From contig MFQN01000011.1 of the NCBI GenBank assembly GCA_001783065.1, positions 1-60,829 of the forward strand: 60,829 nt of DNA, read 5' to 3'. Both the position numbers and the translations under genes were made by a program. The notes under the pieces are model-generated. The model was not told the origin of the DNA and did not search any database. It saw only the letters and a list, made by a program, of their open reading frames with translations. This document shows, piece after piece, positions 47,742 to 60,165 of the stretch (position 1 is the first letter of the stretch; each line of letters starts with the position of its first letter). Source of the stretch: Candidatus Magasanikbacteria bacterium RIFCSPLOWO2_12_FULL_43_12 (lineage in GTDB: Bacteria > Patescibacteriota > Patescibacteriia > Magasanikbacterales > UBA922).

Positions 47742-48387
47742 CTATAGTCATCACCACATCAACAAGCGGACGATTGTTTGAATTAACTTTTTCCGCGGCA
47801 ATCGCGTCCACGACTTCCATGCCCGAAATTACTCTGCCGAAAATAGTATAAGCATGAGGCAGTGATGTGTCTTTGTGCATGATAAAAAACTGACTGCCAT
47901 TGGTATTCGGACCGGCATTAGCCATCGCGACAGTTCCGCGCGTATAACCATTCTGATATGATGGCGCTTGCGGATTCAATTCATCGGCAAACTGATAACC
48001 GGGACCGCCGCTGCCAGTGCCGGTAGGATCCCCGCCCTGAATCATGAAGCCGCTGATTACGCGGTGAAAAATTACACCGTCATAAAAACCTTTTTTGGCC
48101 AAAGTTGTAAAATTTTCAACCGTCTTAGGCGCGTCAGCGGGGAAAAATTCTAAAGTGATGTCTCCTTTGCTGGTTTTGATTTTAACTACGGGCATAGTAT
48201 CTTGGTTAGTGATTAAATTTGTTTCCGGTAAAGGCGCTGGCGCGGCATTGTCTGAAATTCCGCCAAACAACGCCGGCGGCGGTGTTTCAACCTCGGTTTT
48301 ATCTGTTTGATTGAAAGATATGGCAACGATTCCCCAAACCAAAAATATTATTATTGCCGCGCCGATTAAAATTTTGAATTGAGACAT
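47725..48387 (-). CDS. Peptidyl-prolyl cis-trans isomerase (cyclophilin type), membrane-anchored/secreted
   Basis: 220 aa. FHRVISGFMIQGGDPTGTGSGGPGYQFADE. N-terminal transmembrane helix. Confidence 0.85.
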   Translation of the reverse strand: MSQFKILIGAAIIIFLVWGIVAISFNQTDKTEVETPPPALFGGISDNAAPAPLPETNLITNQDTMPVVKIKTSKGDITLEFFPADAPKTVENFTTLAKKGFYDGVIFHRVISGFMIQGGDPTGTGSGGPGYQFADELNPQAPSYQNGYTRGTVAMANAGPNTNGSQFFIMHKDTSLPHAYTIFGRVISGMEVVDAIAAEKVNSNNRPLVDVVMTIVEVVE

Positions 48388-48393
48388 ATTATT

Positions 48394-48639
48394 TTATCTC
48401 TGACGAATTAGTTTTAATTTCTCTTTTCTTGATAGTTTTTTTATTCTGCTTTCCTCTTTTGAGGCCGAAGACCGATTGCGAAACTTTTTTGAATAAACCA
48501 ATTTGACCGACCGGCGCGCCCGCGTATATCTCGCGCCAAGTCTGGATGAATTGTGCTCTTTCACCCTTCGTCCCAAATCAACCGTGATGCCGGTATATAA
48601 TGTTTTATCAGAACATTTTAGAATATAAAGGTGGTACAC
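48394..48639 (-). CDS. GIY-YIG nuclease-domain protein (UPF0213-like)
   Basis: 81 aa. YHLYILKCSDKTLYTGITVDLGRRVKEHN. Confidence 0.75.
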   Translation of the reverse strand: MYHLYILKCSDKTLYTGITVDLGRRVKEHNSSRLGARYTRARRSVKLVYSKKFRNRSSASKEESRIKKLSRKEKLKLIRQR

Positions 48640-48699
48640 AATAATTTATCATTTCGAAATAAAAACCGCCGTCGGTTTGCTGCAAATTAACTGGTCTGT

Positions 48700-49542
48700 T
48701 TATTTAATTCTCGCTTTTGACTTCTTCCGCTCTGACAAAAATCTCAAATTATTCCCGCTCACCACTTTCTTGCCGGTTTTTTGCTCTAATTCCAACCGCG
48801 CGTTTTTGGCAATCCGTCCGCCTTTTTTCGCCGGAATTTTATTTTCTTCTAAGCCTTTTGTTTCCATGGTTTCCGCGATTTGGCGGGTAGAGAGCTCAGC
48901 CAACGCCGTAAAAACCAATTCGGCATCGGACATATGGTCCCGCAAGTTTTCTGTTTTTAAATCTTTCAAACTTTTGTGTTCTTTCACCGACAAATCGCTC
49001 CACTCTTGATGGATTATATTTGTTAAAATCGCGTATTCATCCTGCCGCGCAACCTCGTTATTCTTCCAATAATCAGTCAGTTTATTTCTTATTTCCTGCC
49101 CCATCATTCTTTGCTGGATCCAAGCCTTGCTCCGTCCCATTTTTTGCCAATAATCCCTGCTGCGATTGAGCGCTTTTTCGGGGTCGCTCATTTCCTCTAT
49201 TCTTTCATAACCGACTTTGGCAAGCCAGAGTCTGACCGGCTCGGCTTTTTTTGATGGAATAGATTGAATTATTCTTAATAAATGCTCCGGACTTCCTGCC
49301 AATGTTTTTCTTTTTTTCCCAGTTTCGGTAAACATTGCTACCTGGGGACAATTTGTCCCCAGGTAAATAGCGAGTTCCGCGTCTCTTTTTCTTAATTTTT
49401 TTAAATAATCCGTCGGATTGACGCTTTCAGTAAGAACGGCCACAATATCCACGATAGAAAAATACCAAAGCTCTTTAGCCTCATCCCAAACCCGACGGAT
49501 TTGCTGACCTTCAAAAATGGCTAATTTTTTGTCTTTTTGCAT
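48700..49542 (-). CDS. Bro-N domain protein, DNA-damage-inducible protein D (DinD)-like
   Basis: 280 aa. LAIFEGQQIRRVWDEAKELWYFSIVDIVAVL is a BRO-N signature. The remainder resembles the DinD family. Confidence 0.6.
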   Translation of the reverse strand: MQKDKKLAIFEGQQIRRVWDEAKELWYFSIVDIVAVLTESVNPTDYLKKLRKRDAELAIYLGTNCPQVAMFTETGKKRKTLAGSPEHLLRIIQSIPSKKAEPVRLWLAKVGYERIEEMSDPEKALNRSRDYWQKMGRSKAWIQQRMMGQEIRNKLTDYWKNNEVARQDEYAILTNIIHQEWSDLSVKEHKSLKDLKTENLRDHMSDAELVFTALAELSTRQIAETMETKGLEENKIPAKKGGRIAKNARLELEQKTGKKVVSGNNLRFLSERKKSKARIK

Positions 49543-49591
49543 AAAATTTTAGATAAATAACTTTTTTAAAACACCTATCATACACCATACA

Positions 49592-49996
49592 TCATAAGCC
49601 ATACACCTTCAACCTCCCCGCCTTCACCAACGACCGGATTTTTTTGGATTCCAAACGGCGCAATTTAGACGCCTTTGTCGGCCTAGTCGGCCGGCGTTTT
49701 TTTGGCGCGCGTAACGCTTGGGTAACCAATGCTTGCAAATGGGAAACTGCCAGCGCGCGATTCTGCGGCTGTGAGCGTTCTTCCTCCGACATCATTACTA
49801 TCTCCTCTTCATTACTTATTTTGTTCGCTAATTTTACCCGCACCCGCGCTTTTTCTTCAAAAGTCAAAACCCGCGAATGACCGACTGACCAACGCGCGAT
49901 GACTTTGGTTGAAGTCTTGTTTACATTCTGCCCGCCAGCGCCGGATGACCGCGCGAAAGTCACGCGGATTTCGTTTGCGGGGATATGAATAGGCAT
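49592..49996 (-). CDS. arfB: Alternative ribosome-rescue factor ArfB (peptidyl-tRNA hydrolase, RF-1 domain with GGQ)
   Basis: 134 aa. SSGAGGQNVNKTSTKV GGQ motif and a basic C-terminal tail. Confidence 0.8.
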   Translation of the reverse strand: MPIHIPANEIRVTFARSSGAGGQNVNKTSTKVIARWSVGHSRVLTFEEKARVRVKLANKISNEEEIVMMSEEERSQPQNRALAVSHLQALVTQALRAPKKRRPTRPTKASKLRRLESKKIRSLVKAGRLKVYGL

Positions 49997-49999
49997 ACT

Positions 50000-50644
50000 T
50001 TATTTTTCTCCGGTAATAATCCAATGTCCGCGGACTATTTTACCGCGATTATCTAATTTTATTTTCACTGTCTTGAAATTCCCAAACAAATCCCTTACTT
50101 CCGGTTTGGCATAAAAACTGTGCGGCAAACCATTTTCCGGCCCCCTGACTGGCGCAAAGACGCCATTTCCAAGATCTTTATCATTAATAAATGTCTGCCA
50201 TTTTCGATTACTCTCTATATCAGGCAAGGTAATAAACACTTTGCCACCAGGCGCAAGTGATTTGTAAATTTCGTCTATAACTTTTTTCACAGACGGTTTC
50301 AAGCCGTGGTGAATGGTGGCAATTGAAAAAATTAAATCGTACTTATTTCTTGGTATTTTATATTCAAACATGTTTGCGTTAATAATATTTGAATCATTCG
50401 CCAAATTCGCTTTAGTCGCTTTAACCGCGGTTTGACTTGAATCAATACCATCGGTTCGAAAACCAAACTCTTTTAAAAATACCAAATATTTTCCCAGCCC
50501 GCAGCCAATTTCCAAGGCATGTTTAGTGGCAAACTTATTAACCTTTACAAAATTAACAAAATGAGGGAGCAGTCTCCCCTCTATCGTAGCCCAAGCCGGC
50601 CCGCCTTTTAAATAATTTTTATAGATTTTGTCCCAAATAGTCAT
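50000..50644 (-). CDS. Class I SAM-dependent methyltransferase
   Basis: 214 aa. EIGCGLGKYLVFL (motif I); Methyltransf_11-like. Confidence 0.7.
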   Translation of the reverse strand: MTIWDKIYKNYLKGGPAWATIEGRLLPHFVNFVKVNKFATKHALEIGCGLGKYLVFLKEFGFRTDGIDSSQTAVKATKANLANDSNIINANMFEYKIPRNKYDLIFSIATIHHGLKPSVKKVIDEIYKSLAPGGKVFITLPDIESNRKWQTFINDKDLGNGVFAPVRGPENGLPHSFYAKPEVRDLFGNFKTVKIKLDNRGKIVRGHWIITGEK

Positions 50645-50729
50645 AAAAACTATTTTGAAATATATAATACTTACTTGTAAGAACCCCGAGTGTTGTTTGT
50701 GATTTTACCAGCTGCAAAGTGGTGCTCTT

Positions 50730-50829
50730 CTGTCATTGCGAGCCTTCGCAGGCGAAGCAATCCACGCTCGTCGACCATTGGCGACTGGATTGCTTCGTCG
50801 TCGCGCGAGCTCCTCCTCGCAATGACAGA
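50730..50829. mobile_element. Family-A MITE-like element (palindromic variant with about 35-bp terminal inverted repeats)
   Basis: tgtcattgcgagccttcgcaggcgaagcaatccac ... gactggattgcttcg...ctcctcctcgcaatgacaga. Confidence 0.7.
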
Positions 50830-50919
50830 CATATTCCCTAACAATCTACAAAAGTGTATACAATACTGACAATTCTTACTATTTTATATTTTACACCTTC
50901 CCCACTCCCCTACACAATG

Positions 50920-52527
50920 TTATTTCCTTTTCAATTTCGCCGCCACAAAACGGATCTGCTCGTAACTGATATCACGCGGCAAAATATCTTTGATTGGGCT
51001 AAGCCGTTCGGTGTTGCCGATTTTATTAATCGCGATCATTATCTGTCTTTCCGCTTCCGGAGAAACAAAATCGGCGATTTTAAAATCCCCGCCGGATTGA
51101 TACCAGACAGCCAGGTGGTTAAAGATCGTCGTTACGCCCAAAGACCGCGCTTTGGCGATCTGCTCCGGCGCGTAATTTTTCTGATAAAGTTTGACGGTCT
51201 CTAAAACCGTATCGCTTAACCCGCCGCCGGTCTTGGTTAAACGTTCACGCCGTTTGTAAGGAGTCGCGTTTTCCCATTTGAAATTAAGGCAAACATCGCA
51301 CCCGCCGCAATTCTGCGGCAATTGTCCCAAATCAGGGTCGGAAAAATATTGCAAAATGATTTTCCGGCGGCATTGACTGGAATCAACATATTGATTCATT
51401 TTATTCAGCCGATCGTATTTGATATTTGTTACTCGCTCAATTTCAGTATAACTTTTTCCTTGCTGTTTCATCTCGGCCCAACCCTGACGGATAAAATAAT
51501 TATGCAAACCAAAATCTCTTTTGGAATGCAATAAAATGCAATAAGCCGGCTCGCCATCGCGTCCGGCTCTGCCCGCTTCTTGGTAATAACCCTCCAAAGA
51601 GCTTGGCATGCCGGCGTGAATGACAAAACGGATGTCCGCCTTATCAACGCCCATGCCAAACGCGATGGTCGCGACAATAACTTTGAAGCGATTTTCCATA
51701 AAATCATTTTGAATCCGCGTTCTCGCGAATTTTTCCAAGCCGGCGTGGTAAGCGGCCGAACCGATGCCATTGGCTGATAAAAAACTTGCCATTTCTTCGG
51801 TCTCTTTGCGGCTGATAGTGTAGACAATGCCCGAGCCGGGTTGAGTTTTAATAATGCGCGAGACTTCTTCTTGGCGCTGGCGCCCTTTGAGATCTTTTTG
51901 CGCGAAAAATTTTAAATTCGGCCGATCAAATCCGCGGATAAAAACTTGCGGGTCGCGCAAACCTAAATTTTTGATAATATCGTCCTTAACTTCCGGCGTC
52001 GCGGTCGCGGTAAACGCGCCGACGGTCGGACGAATTTGAAAACTATTGATAAAATTTTTAATGGACAAATAATCCGGCCGAAAATCATGCCCCCACTGAG
52101 AAACGCAATGAGCTTCATCCACGGCGAAAAAATTCACGTTAACATCTTTCAGCGCGCTTGCCAGCCGCTGGTTTGACAATCCTTCCGGCGCGACATAGAG
52201 CAACCTGACCTTCCCCGCTTTAATTTCCGCCAACGCTTTTTCCGTTTCATCCCAACTCAAAGAACTGTTAAAAAAAACCGCGCCAATACCACGAACGCGT
52301 AAACCATCCACTTGATCTTTCATTAAAGCGATCAAGGGTGAAACGACAATGGTAAAATTATTATTCAACACCGCCGGCAACTGAAAACACAGCGACTTGC
52401 CGCCGCCGGTCGGGAGCAAAGCCACCACATCGCGACCAGCCATAAAAGCGTCAATAATTTCTTTCTGGCCGGGCCGAAAAGAAGCGTGATTAAAATATTT
52501 TTCAAGATAGTGTTCCACATCGGACAT
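50920..52527 (-). CDS. recQ: ATP-dependent DNA helicase RecQ
   Basis: 535 aa. FRPGQKEII, LLPTGGGKSLCFQLPA, DEAHCVSQWGHDFRP, Zn-binding C..C..C..C, RQC region. Confidence 0.9.
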   Translation of the reverse strand: MSDVEHYLEKYFNHASFRPGQKEIIDAFMAGRDVVALLPTGGGKSLCFQLPAVLNNNFTIVVSPLIALMKDQVDGLRVRGIGAVFFNSSLSWDETEKALAEIKAGKVRLLYVAPEGLSNQRLASALKDVNVNFFAVDEAHCVSQWGHDFRPDYLSIKNFINSFQIRPTVGAFTATATPEVKDDIIKNLGLRDPQVFIRGFDRPNLKFFAQKDLKGRQRQEEVSRIIKTQPGSGIVYTISRKETEEMASFLSANGIGSAAYHAGLEKFARTRIQNDFMENRFKVIVATIAFGMGVDKADIRFVIHAGMPSSLEGYYQEAGRAGRDGEPAYCILLHSKRDFGLHNYFIRQGWAEMKQQGKSYTEIERVTNIKYDRLNKMNQYVDSSQCRRKIILQYFSDPDLGQLPQNCGGCDVCLNFKWENATPYKRRERLTKTGGGLSDTVLETVKLYQKNYAPEQIAKARSLGVTTIFNHLAVWYQSGGDFKIADFVSPEAERQIMIAINKIGNTERLSPIKDILPRDISYEQIRFVAAKLKRK

Positions 52528-52569
52528 AATTATAGCAAAATTAAAAATACCCAGACCTGATTATATCAT

Positions 52570-52618
52570 CTTTGCAGCTACATCACTACATCACCTCATC
52601 ACACCATCACTACACCAC
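52570..52618. repeat. (CATCACY)n heptamer tandem repeats upstream of the gyrB promoter
   Basis: catcact acatcacc tcatcaca ccatcact acaccact. Related copies lie inside coding regions at about 4189-4215 and about 35190-35225. Confidence 0.6.
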
Positions 52619-52647
52619 TTGAACGCCACCGCCACTTATGCTATAAT
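52619..52647 (+). promoter_or_regulatory. Promoter of gyrB (TTGAAC-N17-tgcTATAAT)
   Basis: Seen directly. It is preceded by (CATCACY)n repeats and followed by (AAGCCTYGT)n repeats up to the ATG. Confidence 0.5.
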
Positions 52648-52657
52648 ATTTTCATGA

Positions 52658-56176
<3,519 letters not shown>

Positions 56177-56210
56177 TACAAAACACAAAACCCAATTAAC
56201 AAAACACAAA
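56177..56210. repeat. Family-G element, copy 2 (between the gyrB stop and its terminator)
   Basis: acaaaacacaaaacccaattaacaaaacacaaaaaacc. Confidence 0.6.
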
Positions 56211-56246
56211 AAACCGTCTCGGTTTTGCACAGGGACGGTTTTTTGG
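56210..56246 (+). terminator. Rho-independent terminator after gyrB
   Basis: aaccgtc-...-gacggtt hairpin followed by ttttt. The conserved 17-mer (family G) lies just upstream. Confidence 0.5.
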
Positions 56247-56300
56247 TGTATATTAAAGCTTGGCTAAAATAAGCAAAAAAATTATACACAGCCAATACCC

Positions 56301-56329
56301 TTGACAAAACCTCGCCATTATTATAACAT
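56301..56329 (+). promoter_or_regulatory. Promoter of the secE-nusG-rplK operon (TTGACA-N17-TAACAT), followed by a leader hairpin gcggcc-aaa-ggccgt-ttttt
   Basis: Seen directly. Confidence 0.45.
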
Positions 56330-56405
56330 ATTAATAATCAAGCGGCCAAAGGCCGTTTTTAAGTAGACATCGGCAATCAGCTTTCAAACTTCAGCCTTAA
56401 TCGAT

Positions 56406-56434
56406 TGAAGTCCGAAGTCTGATCAACCGAAGTC
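56406..56434. repeat. Family-F repeats directly upstream of the secE ATG
   Basis: tgaagtccgaagtctgatcaaccgaagtc. Confidence 0.6.
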
Positions 56435-56441
56435 AGCATCT

Positions 56442-56633
56442 ATGAACCCCATCACCAAGCTCAAAAACTATTTCAAAGAATCAGTCGCGGAAATGAAAAA
56501 AGTTGTCTGGCCGACGAAAAAACAGACCACGACATATACTTTAATCGTCATCGGCTTGAGTCTCGGCGTTGCCATCTTTTTCGGCATCTTGGATTACGCT
56601 TTCAATCTCGGACTGGAAAAAATTATTAAATAG
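56442..56633 (+). CDS. secE: Preprotein translocase subunit SecE
   Basis: 63 aa with a single C-terminal transmembrane helix. KKVVWPTKKQTT is typical of SecE. It lies directly upstream of nusG. Confidence 0.8.
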   Translation: MNPITKLKNYFKESVAEMKKVVWPTKKQTTTYTLIVIGLSLGVAIFFGILDYAFNLGLEKIIK

Positions 56634-56697
56634 ACTTCGGCTTTCGGACTTCAGACTTCCGACAAGTTGCCGACAATCACAGCTGAAGTCTGAAAGC
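56633..56697. repeat. Family-F inverted repeat pair in the secE-nusG spacer (potential long hairpin)
   Basis: gacttcggctttcggacttcagacttccgac ... gctgaagtctgaaagctg. Confidence 0.6.
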
Positions 56698-56710
56698 TGA
56701 CAGCAACATT

Positions 56711-57256
56711 ATGGCTAAACAAAACCTCCAATTAGGACGCCGCTGGTATGTGCTCCACACCTATAGCGGCTATGAAGAAAACGTCAAACGCAATTTGGAA
56801 CAAAGAATTGAATCTTTTGACATGCGCGACAAAATTTTTGGCGTATTGGTGCCGAAGGAAAAAAAGATTAAAATCAAAAACGGCAAACGCAATGTGATTG
56901 AAGAAAAAGTCTTCCCGGGTTATGTTTTGGTGGAAATGATTGTTACCGATGATTCGTGGTATGTGGTCAGAAACACTCCGAATGTTACCGGCTTCATCGG
57001 TTCCGGCACCACGCCAACCCCGATTGATCAAAAAGAAATAGAAGTTTTACAAAAAAGAATGGGAGTGGATGAACCTACCCACCAGATTGATGTGTCGCTC
57101 AACGAACCGGTGCGCATTATTGACGGCCCGTTCAAAAATTTTGAAGGCAAAATTTCCAATGTTGATGAAGAGCGCGGCAAAGTCAAAGTGCTGGTCAATA
57201 TGTTTGGTCGCGAAACGCCGGTGGAGTTGGACGCGTTGCAAGTGAAGAAAATATAA
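56711..57256 (+). CDS. nusG: Transcription termination/antitermination protein NusG
   Basis: 181 aa. RWYVLHTYSGYEENV (NGN domain). KOW motif in the C-terminal region. Confidence 0.9.
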   Translation: MAKQNLQLGRRWYVLHTYSGYEENVKRNLEQRIESFDMRDKIFGVLVPKEKKIKIKNGKRNVIEEKVFPGYVLVEMIVTDDSWYVVRNTPNVTGFIGSGTTPTPIDQKEIEVLQKRMGVDEPTHQIDVSLNEPVRIIDGPFKNFEGKISNVDEERGKVKVLVNMFGRETPVELDALQVKKI

Positions 57257-57258
57257 AC

Positions 57259-57288
57259 GGACTTCAGCGATCAGACTTCAGACTTCGG
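57259..57288. repeat. Family-F repeats just after nusG
   Basis: ggacttcagcgatcagacttcagacttcgg. Confidence 0.6.
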
Positions 57289-57291
57289 CTT

Positions 57292-57505
57292 ATGAGTTAC
57301 CGATTTGAACAACTAGAGGTTTGGAAACTGGCCAGACAATTTGTCAATCTGAAGAATTGCTTACACATCCATGGAGGAAGTACTTGCGGCATCATTTATA
57401 GCTTTAGATCAAAAATACATTAGCCAAGAAAGATGCGATTTTATATATAATTCCAGCAATATCCTTGGCAAAAAAATAAATGCGTTAATTAAAAGTTTAA
57501 AGTAA
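57292..57505 (+). pseudogene. Decayed remnant of a four-helix-bundle protein gene (23S rRNA intervening-sequence protein family) between nusG and rplK
   Basis: Frame 0 from the ATG at 57292 gives MSYRFEQLEVWKLARQFVNL, matching the family N-terminus (FE.LEVW.KA..L...IY), then diverges to a stop. A +1 frame ending at 57505 gives ...NILGKKINALIKSLK*, matching the family C-terminus (KMLNGLINSLK). The middle is missing or frameshifted. The nusG-rplK spacer is unusually long at 340 nt. Confidence 0.4.
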
Positions 57506-57549
57506 TCAACTCGCTGGTCTAAAAAGACGCTTCTCAGCGCGTTAATAAT

Positions 57550-57590
57550 CACTTTCGGGCAGAAGTCAGAAGACCGAAGTCTGAAGTCCA
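57550..57590. repeat. Family-F repeats directly upstream of the rplK ATG
   Basis: cgggcagaagtcagaagaccgaagtctgaagtcc. Confidence 0.6.
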
Positions 57591-57596
57591 ATCACT

Positions 57597-58022
57597 ATGG
57601 TCAAAAAATTAATCACCCAAATCAAACTGCAAATTGCCGGCGGAGCGGCTAATCCGGCGCCACCGGTCGGACCGGCTTTGGGCCAGCATGGCGTGAATAT
57701 CCAGGGTTTTTGCAAAGAATTCAATGATAAAACCCAAGACCGCAAAGGAGAAACTGTGCCGGTGATTATTAATGTTTATGAAGACCGCTCTTTCAGCTTC
57801 ATAACCAAAGTTGCTCCGGCCAGCGAACTAATTAAAAAAGCGATCGGTTTGGAAAAAGGAGCGGCTAATCCGCTGAAAGATAAGGTTGGCAAAATCACCA
57901 AAGCCCAACTCATGAAAATCGCGGAAGTGAAAATGAAAGACATGAACACGGAAAATCTTGATTCGGCCGTGCGTTCACTTGCTGGTACGGCCAGACAGAT
58001 GGGAGTGCTGGTGGAAGGGTGA
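57597..58022 (+). CDS. rplK: 50S ribosomal protein L11
   Basis: 141 aa. [26 protein letters not shown]. Confidence 0.95.
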   Translation: MVKKLITQIKLQIAGGAANPAPPVGPALGQHGVNIQGFCKEFNDKTQDRKGETVPVIINVYEDRSFSFITKVAPASELIKKAIGLEKGAANPLKDKVGKITKAQLMKIAEVKMKDMNTENLDSAVRSLAGTARQMGVLVEG

Positions 58023-58028
58023 TTTTCA

Positions 58029-58058
58029 GAACACAAAACTCAATTAACAAAACACAAC
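58029..58058. repeat. Family-G element, copy 3 (between the rplK stop and its terminator)
   Basis: acacaaaactcaattaacaaaacacaacg. Confidence 0.6.
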
Positions 58059-58060
58059 GA

Positions 58061-58089
58061 ACCCGCTGAAAAGCGGGTTTTGAATTTTC
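58061..58089 (+). terminator. Rho-independent terminator after rplK
   Basis: cccgct-gaaa-agcggg followed by ttttgaatttt, preceded by the family-G 17-mer. Confidence 0.6.
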
Positions 58090-58143
58090 AATTTCCACCA
58101 TCTTCTGCTATAATATAATTGCTTTTAATTATTCCTCATCCCT

Positions 58144-59058
58144 ATGCAACAGTCAAAAATCGCTATCATCGGCGCCGGCGCGGTTGGCGCGACAACCGCT
58201 TACGTGGCCACATTAAAAAATTTAGCCGCGGAAATATTATTAATTGATGTTAATGAAACAAAAGAAGAAGGCGAGGTAATGGATATTGCCGATGGTTTGA
58301 GTTTGGTGGAAACCGGATGCGTCAAAGGCGCGGATTTCAAAGACGCGCGCGACGCGGATATTATTGTCATTACCGCCGGCGCGCCGCAAAAGCCGGGGGA
58401 AACTCGTTTGGATTTGGTGAAAAAAAACACGGAAATTCAAAAATCAATTTTCAAACAAATCGGCAAACTAAAATCAACCGCGATTGTTATCATGGTTGCG
58501 AATCCGGTGGATGTCTTGACTCTCGCGGCGCAAAAAATCAGCGGCCTGCCGCGCCAGCAGGTTTTCGGCAGCGGCACGACATTAGACACGATGCGGTTTA
58601 AAGCAACGCTCGCGAAAAAACTTGAAGTAAGCCCGCAAAGCGTGCACGGTTATGTTCTGGGCGAACATGGCGACAGCGAATTTGTAGCCTGGAGCACGGT
58701 AACTGTCGGCGGCGTGCCGATTGATAAAATAAAAGAAATAACCGCGAAAGATAAACAAGAGATTGAAAAGAAAGTCAAAAAAGAAGCGTATGAAATCATT
58801 AATCGCAAAGGCGCGACTTTTTACGGCATCGCTTTAGTATTGTCTGATATTATTGAAGCAATTTTGTATAATCAACACAAAATTATGCCGGTCTCCAGTT
58901 TGTTGCTGGAATGCCACGACGTCAGCGGTGTTTGTCTCGGCATGCCGGCAGTGCTTGGCAGAGGCGGAGTGGAAAAAATTTGGCCATTGCCGCTGAACGC
59001 GACAGAAAAAAAGAGATTACAAAATTCTGCGAAGATTTTTGAGCAGTTTTCAAAATAA
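58144..59058 (+). CDS. ldh: L-lactate dehydrogenase
   Basis: 304 aa. IAIIGAGAVGA, ITAGAPQKPGETRLDL (the Gln at the substrate-specificity position is LDH-type), GEHGDSEF. Confidence 0.8.
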   Translation: MQQSKIAIIGAGAVGATTAYVATLKNLAAEILLIDVNETKEEGEVMDIADGLSLVETGCVKGADFKDARDADIIVITAGAPQKPGETRLDLVKKNTEIQKSIFKQIGKLKSTAIVIMVANPVDVLTLAAQKISGLPRQQVFGSGTTLDTMRFKATLAKKLEVSPQSVHGYVLGEHGDSEFVAWSTVTVGGVPIDKIKEITAKDKQEIEKKVKKEAYEIINRKGATFYGIALVLSDIIEAILYNQHKIMPVSSLLLECHDVSGVCLGMPAVLGRGGVEKIWPLPLNATEKKRLQNSAKIFEQFSK

Positions 59059-59105
59059 TTGTGCCGACGCTTCATTGTTAAATTGCTAAATTGTAGAATT
59101 GAAAA

Positions 59106-59996
59106 TTGTTTAAAAATTACAAATTGAAAATTAAAAATTACCAAAGCATTGTGTTCTCTATGAACCAACAAATAAAATTAATCCTCTTACTTACCATTGT
59201 TTTGATAATCGTGGGCGCTGGTTGTTTTACCAAAACTCCAAAAACAACAACTGAAACAGCAACCACGACAGTTGAAATTATAAAAAAGAAACCAAAAATT
59301 GACACTTCGGCTAATCCGGCTCAAAACTATTGTGAAAAAACCGGCAATGAGTTGATTATTCGCTTTGATGAAACCGCTTCAAGCTCAATCGCCTACTGCC
59401 GTTTTGCCGACATGACCGAATGCGAGGTGGAAAAATATTTTAGACAAACCTGCGCGCCCGGACAAAGCGCCGAGCAATACAGCCCGCAAGAAAAAATGGA
59501 CAATTTTGCCACTTGCACCAACGAATACGAACCGGTTTGCGGCGCAAACGGCACAACTTACACCAATACCTGCCTGGCGCAAGTTCAAGGAATAATTATC
59601 ACCCATACCGGCGTCTGCGCTCCGGCAGAACAAAAGCAAACAGCGACTGAAAACAAAAATAGCGCGATAGTAAGTAACAGCGCCCAAACAAAAAAACCAA
59701 CGGCCGCTGTTAGCCAAAGCGCCAACGACCCTTCAGGATGGCTTGGGATAGTTAAAGATTTCGCGCTCTCCGCGCCAAAATCAAACCCGCCGGCATTTAT
59801 TGAAAAATGCGCTTATTCCGGCATTGATTCATACTATTTCTCGCCAGGCTGCGATGGATGCGTTACAACTTTATATGATAAGAACGGTAAAATAGTCTGC
59901 TACCCGAGCAATGATCTGGATAACACTTGTCCCGCGTATTTCACCGGCGCTTATCGCTCAAACTATTGCTCCAAGGTGTGGAAGGACGAAAGATAA
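59106..59996 (+). CDS. Secreted Cys-rich protein with a DUF333 (putative hemolysin-like) domain and a Kazal-type protease-inhibitor domain
   Basis: 296 aa. Signal/transmembrane segment. NPAQNYCEKTGNELIIRFDETASSSIAYCRF (DUF333 pattern). CTNEYEPVCGANGTTYTNTCLAQVQGIIITHTGVC (Kazal). C-terminal Cys-rich module. Confidence 0.55.
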   Translation: MFKNYKLKIKNYQSIVFSMNQQIKLILLLTIVLIIVGAGCFTKTPKTTTETATTTVEIIKKKPKIDTSANPAQNYCEKTGNELIIRFDETASSSIAYCRFADMTECEVEKYFRQTCAPGQSAEQYSPQEKMDNFATCTNEYEPVCGANGTTYTNTCLAQVQGIIITHTGVCAPAEQKQTATENKNSAIVSNSAQTKKPTAAVSQSANDPSGWLGIVKDFALSAPKSNPPAFIEKCAYSGIDSYYFSPGCDGCVTTLYDKNGKIVCYPSNDLDNTCPAYFTGAYRSNYCSKVWKDER

Positions 59997-60035
59997 GGCT
60001 TACGAGGCCGACAAGGCTTACAAAGCCCACAAGGT
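59996..60035. repeat. Family-E array, left arm flanking the rplA promoter
   Basis: aaggcttacg aggccgaca aggcttaca aagcccaca agg. Confidence 0.6.
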
Positions 60036-60038
60036 CTC

Positions 60039-60067
60039 TTGACAACATTGACCATATATTATATAAC
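60039..60067 (+). promoter_or_regulatory. Stand-alone promoter of rplA (TTGACA-N17-TATAAC), with an approximately 100-nt structured leader
   Basis: Seen directly. Leader ggtgg...ccacc helix at about 60088-60124. Flanked by inverted (AAGGCTTAC)n arrays. Confidence 0.45.
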
Positions 60068-60124
60068 AAGGGTACTTTTAGTAACCGGTGGGACCTCTGC
60101 CATCCAGGGGGTTAGAACCACCAA

Positions 60125-60165
60125 TCTTACGAAGCCTTGTAAGCATTGCACGCCTCGTAAGCCTT
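60125..60165. repeat. Family-E array, right arm (inverse orientation), ending 8 nt before the rplA ATG
   Basis: tcttacgaagccttgtaagcattgcacgcctcgtaagcc. Confidence 0.6.
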
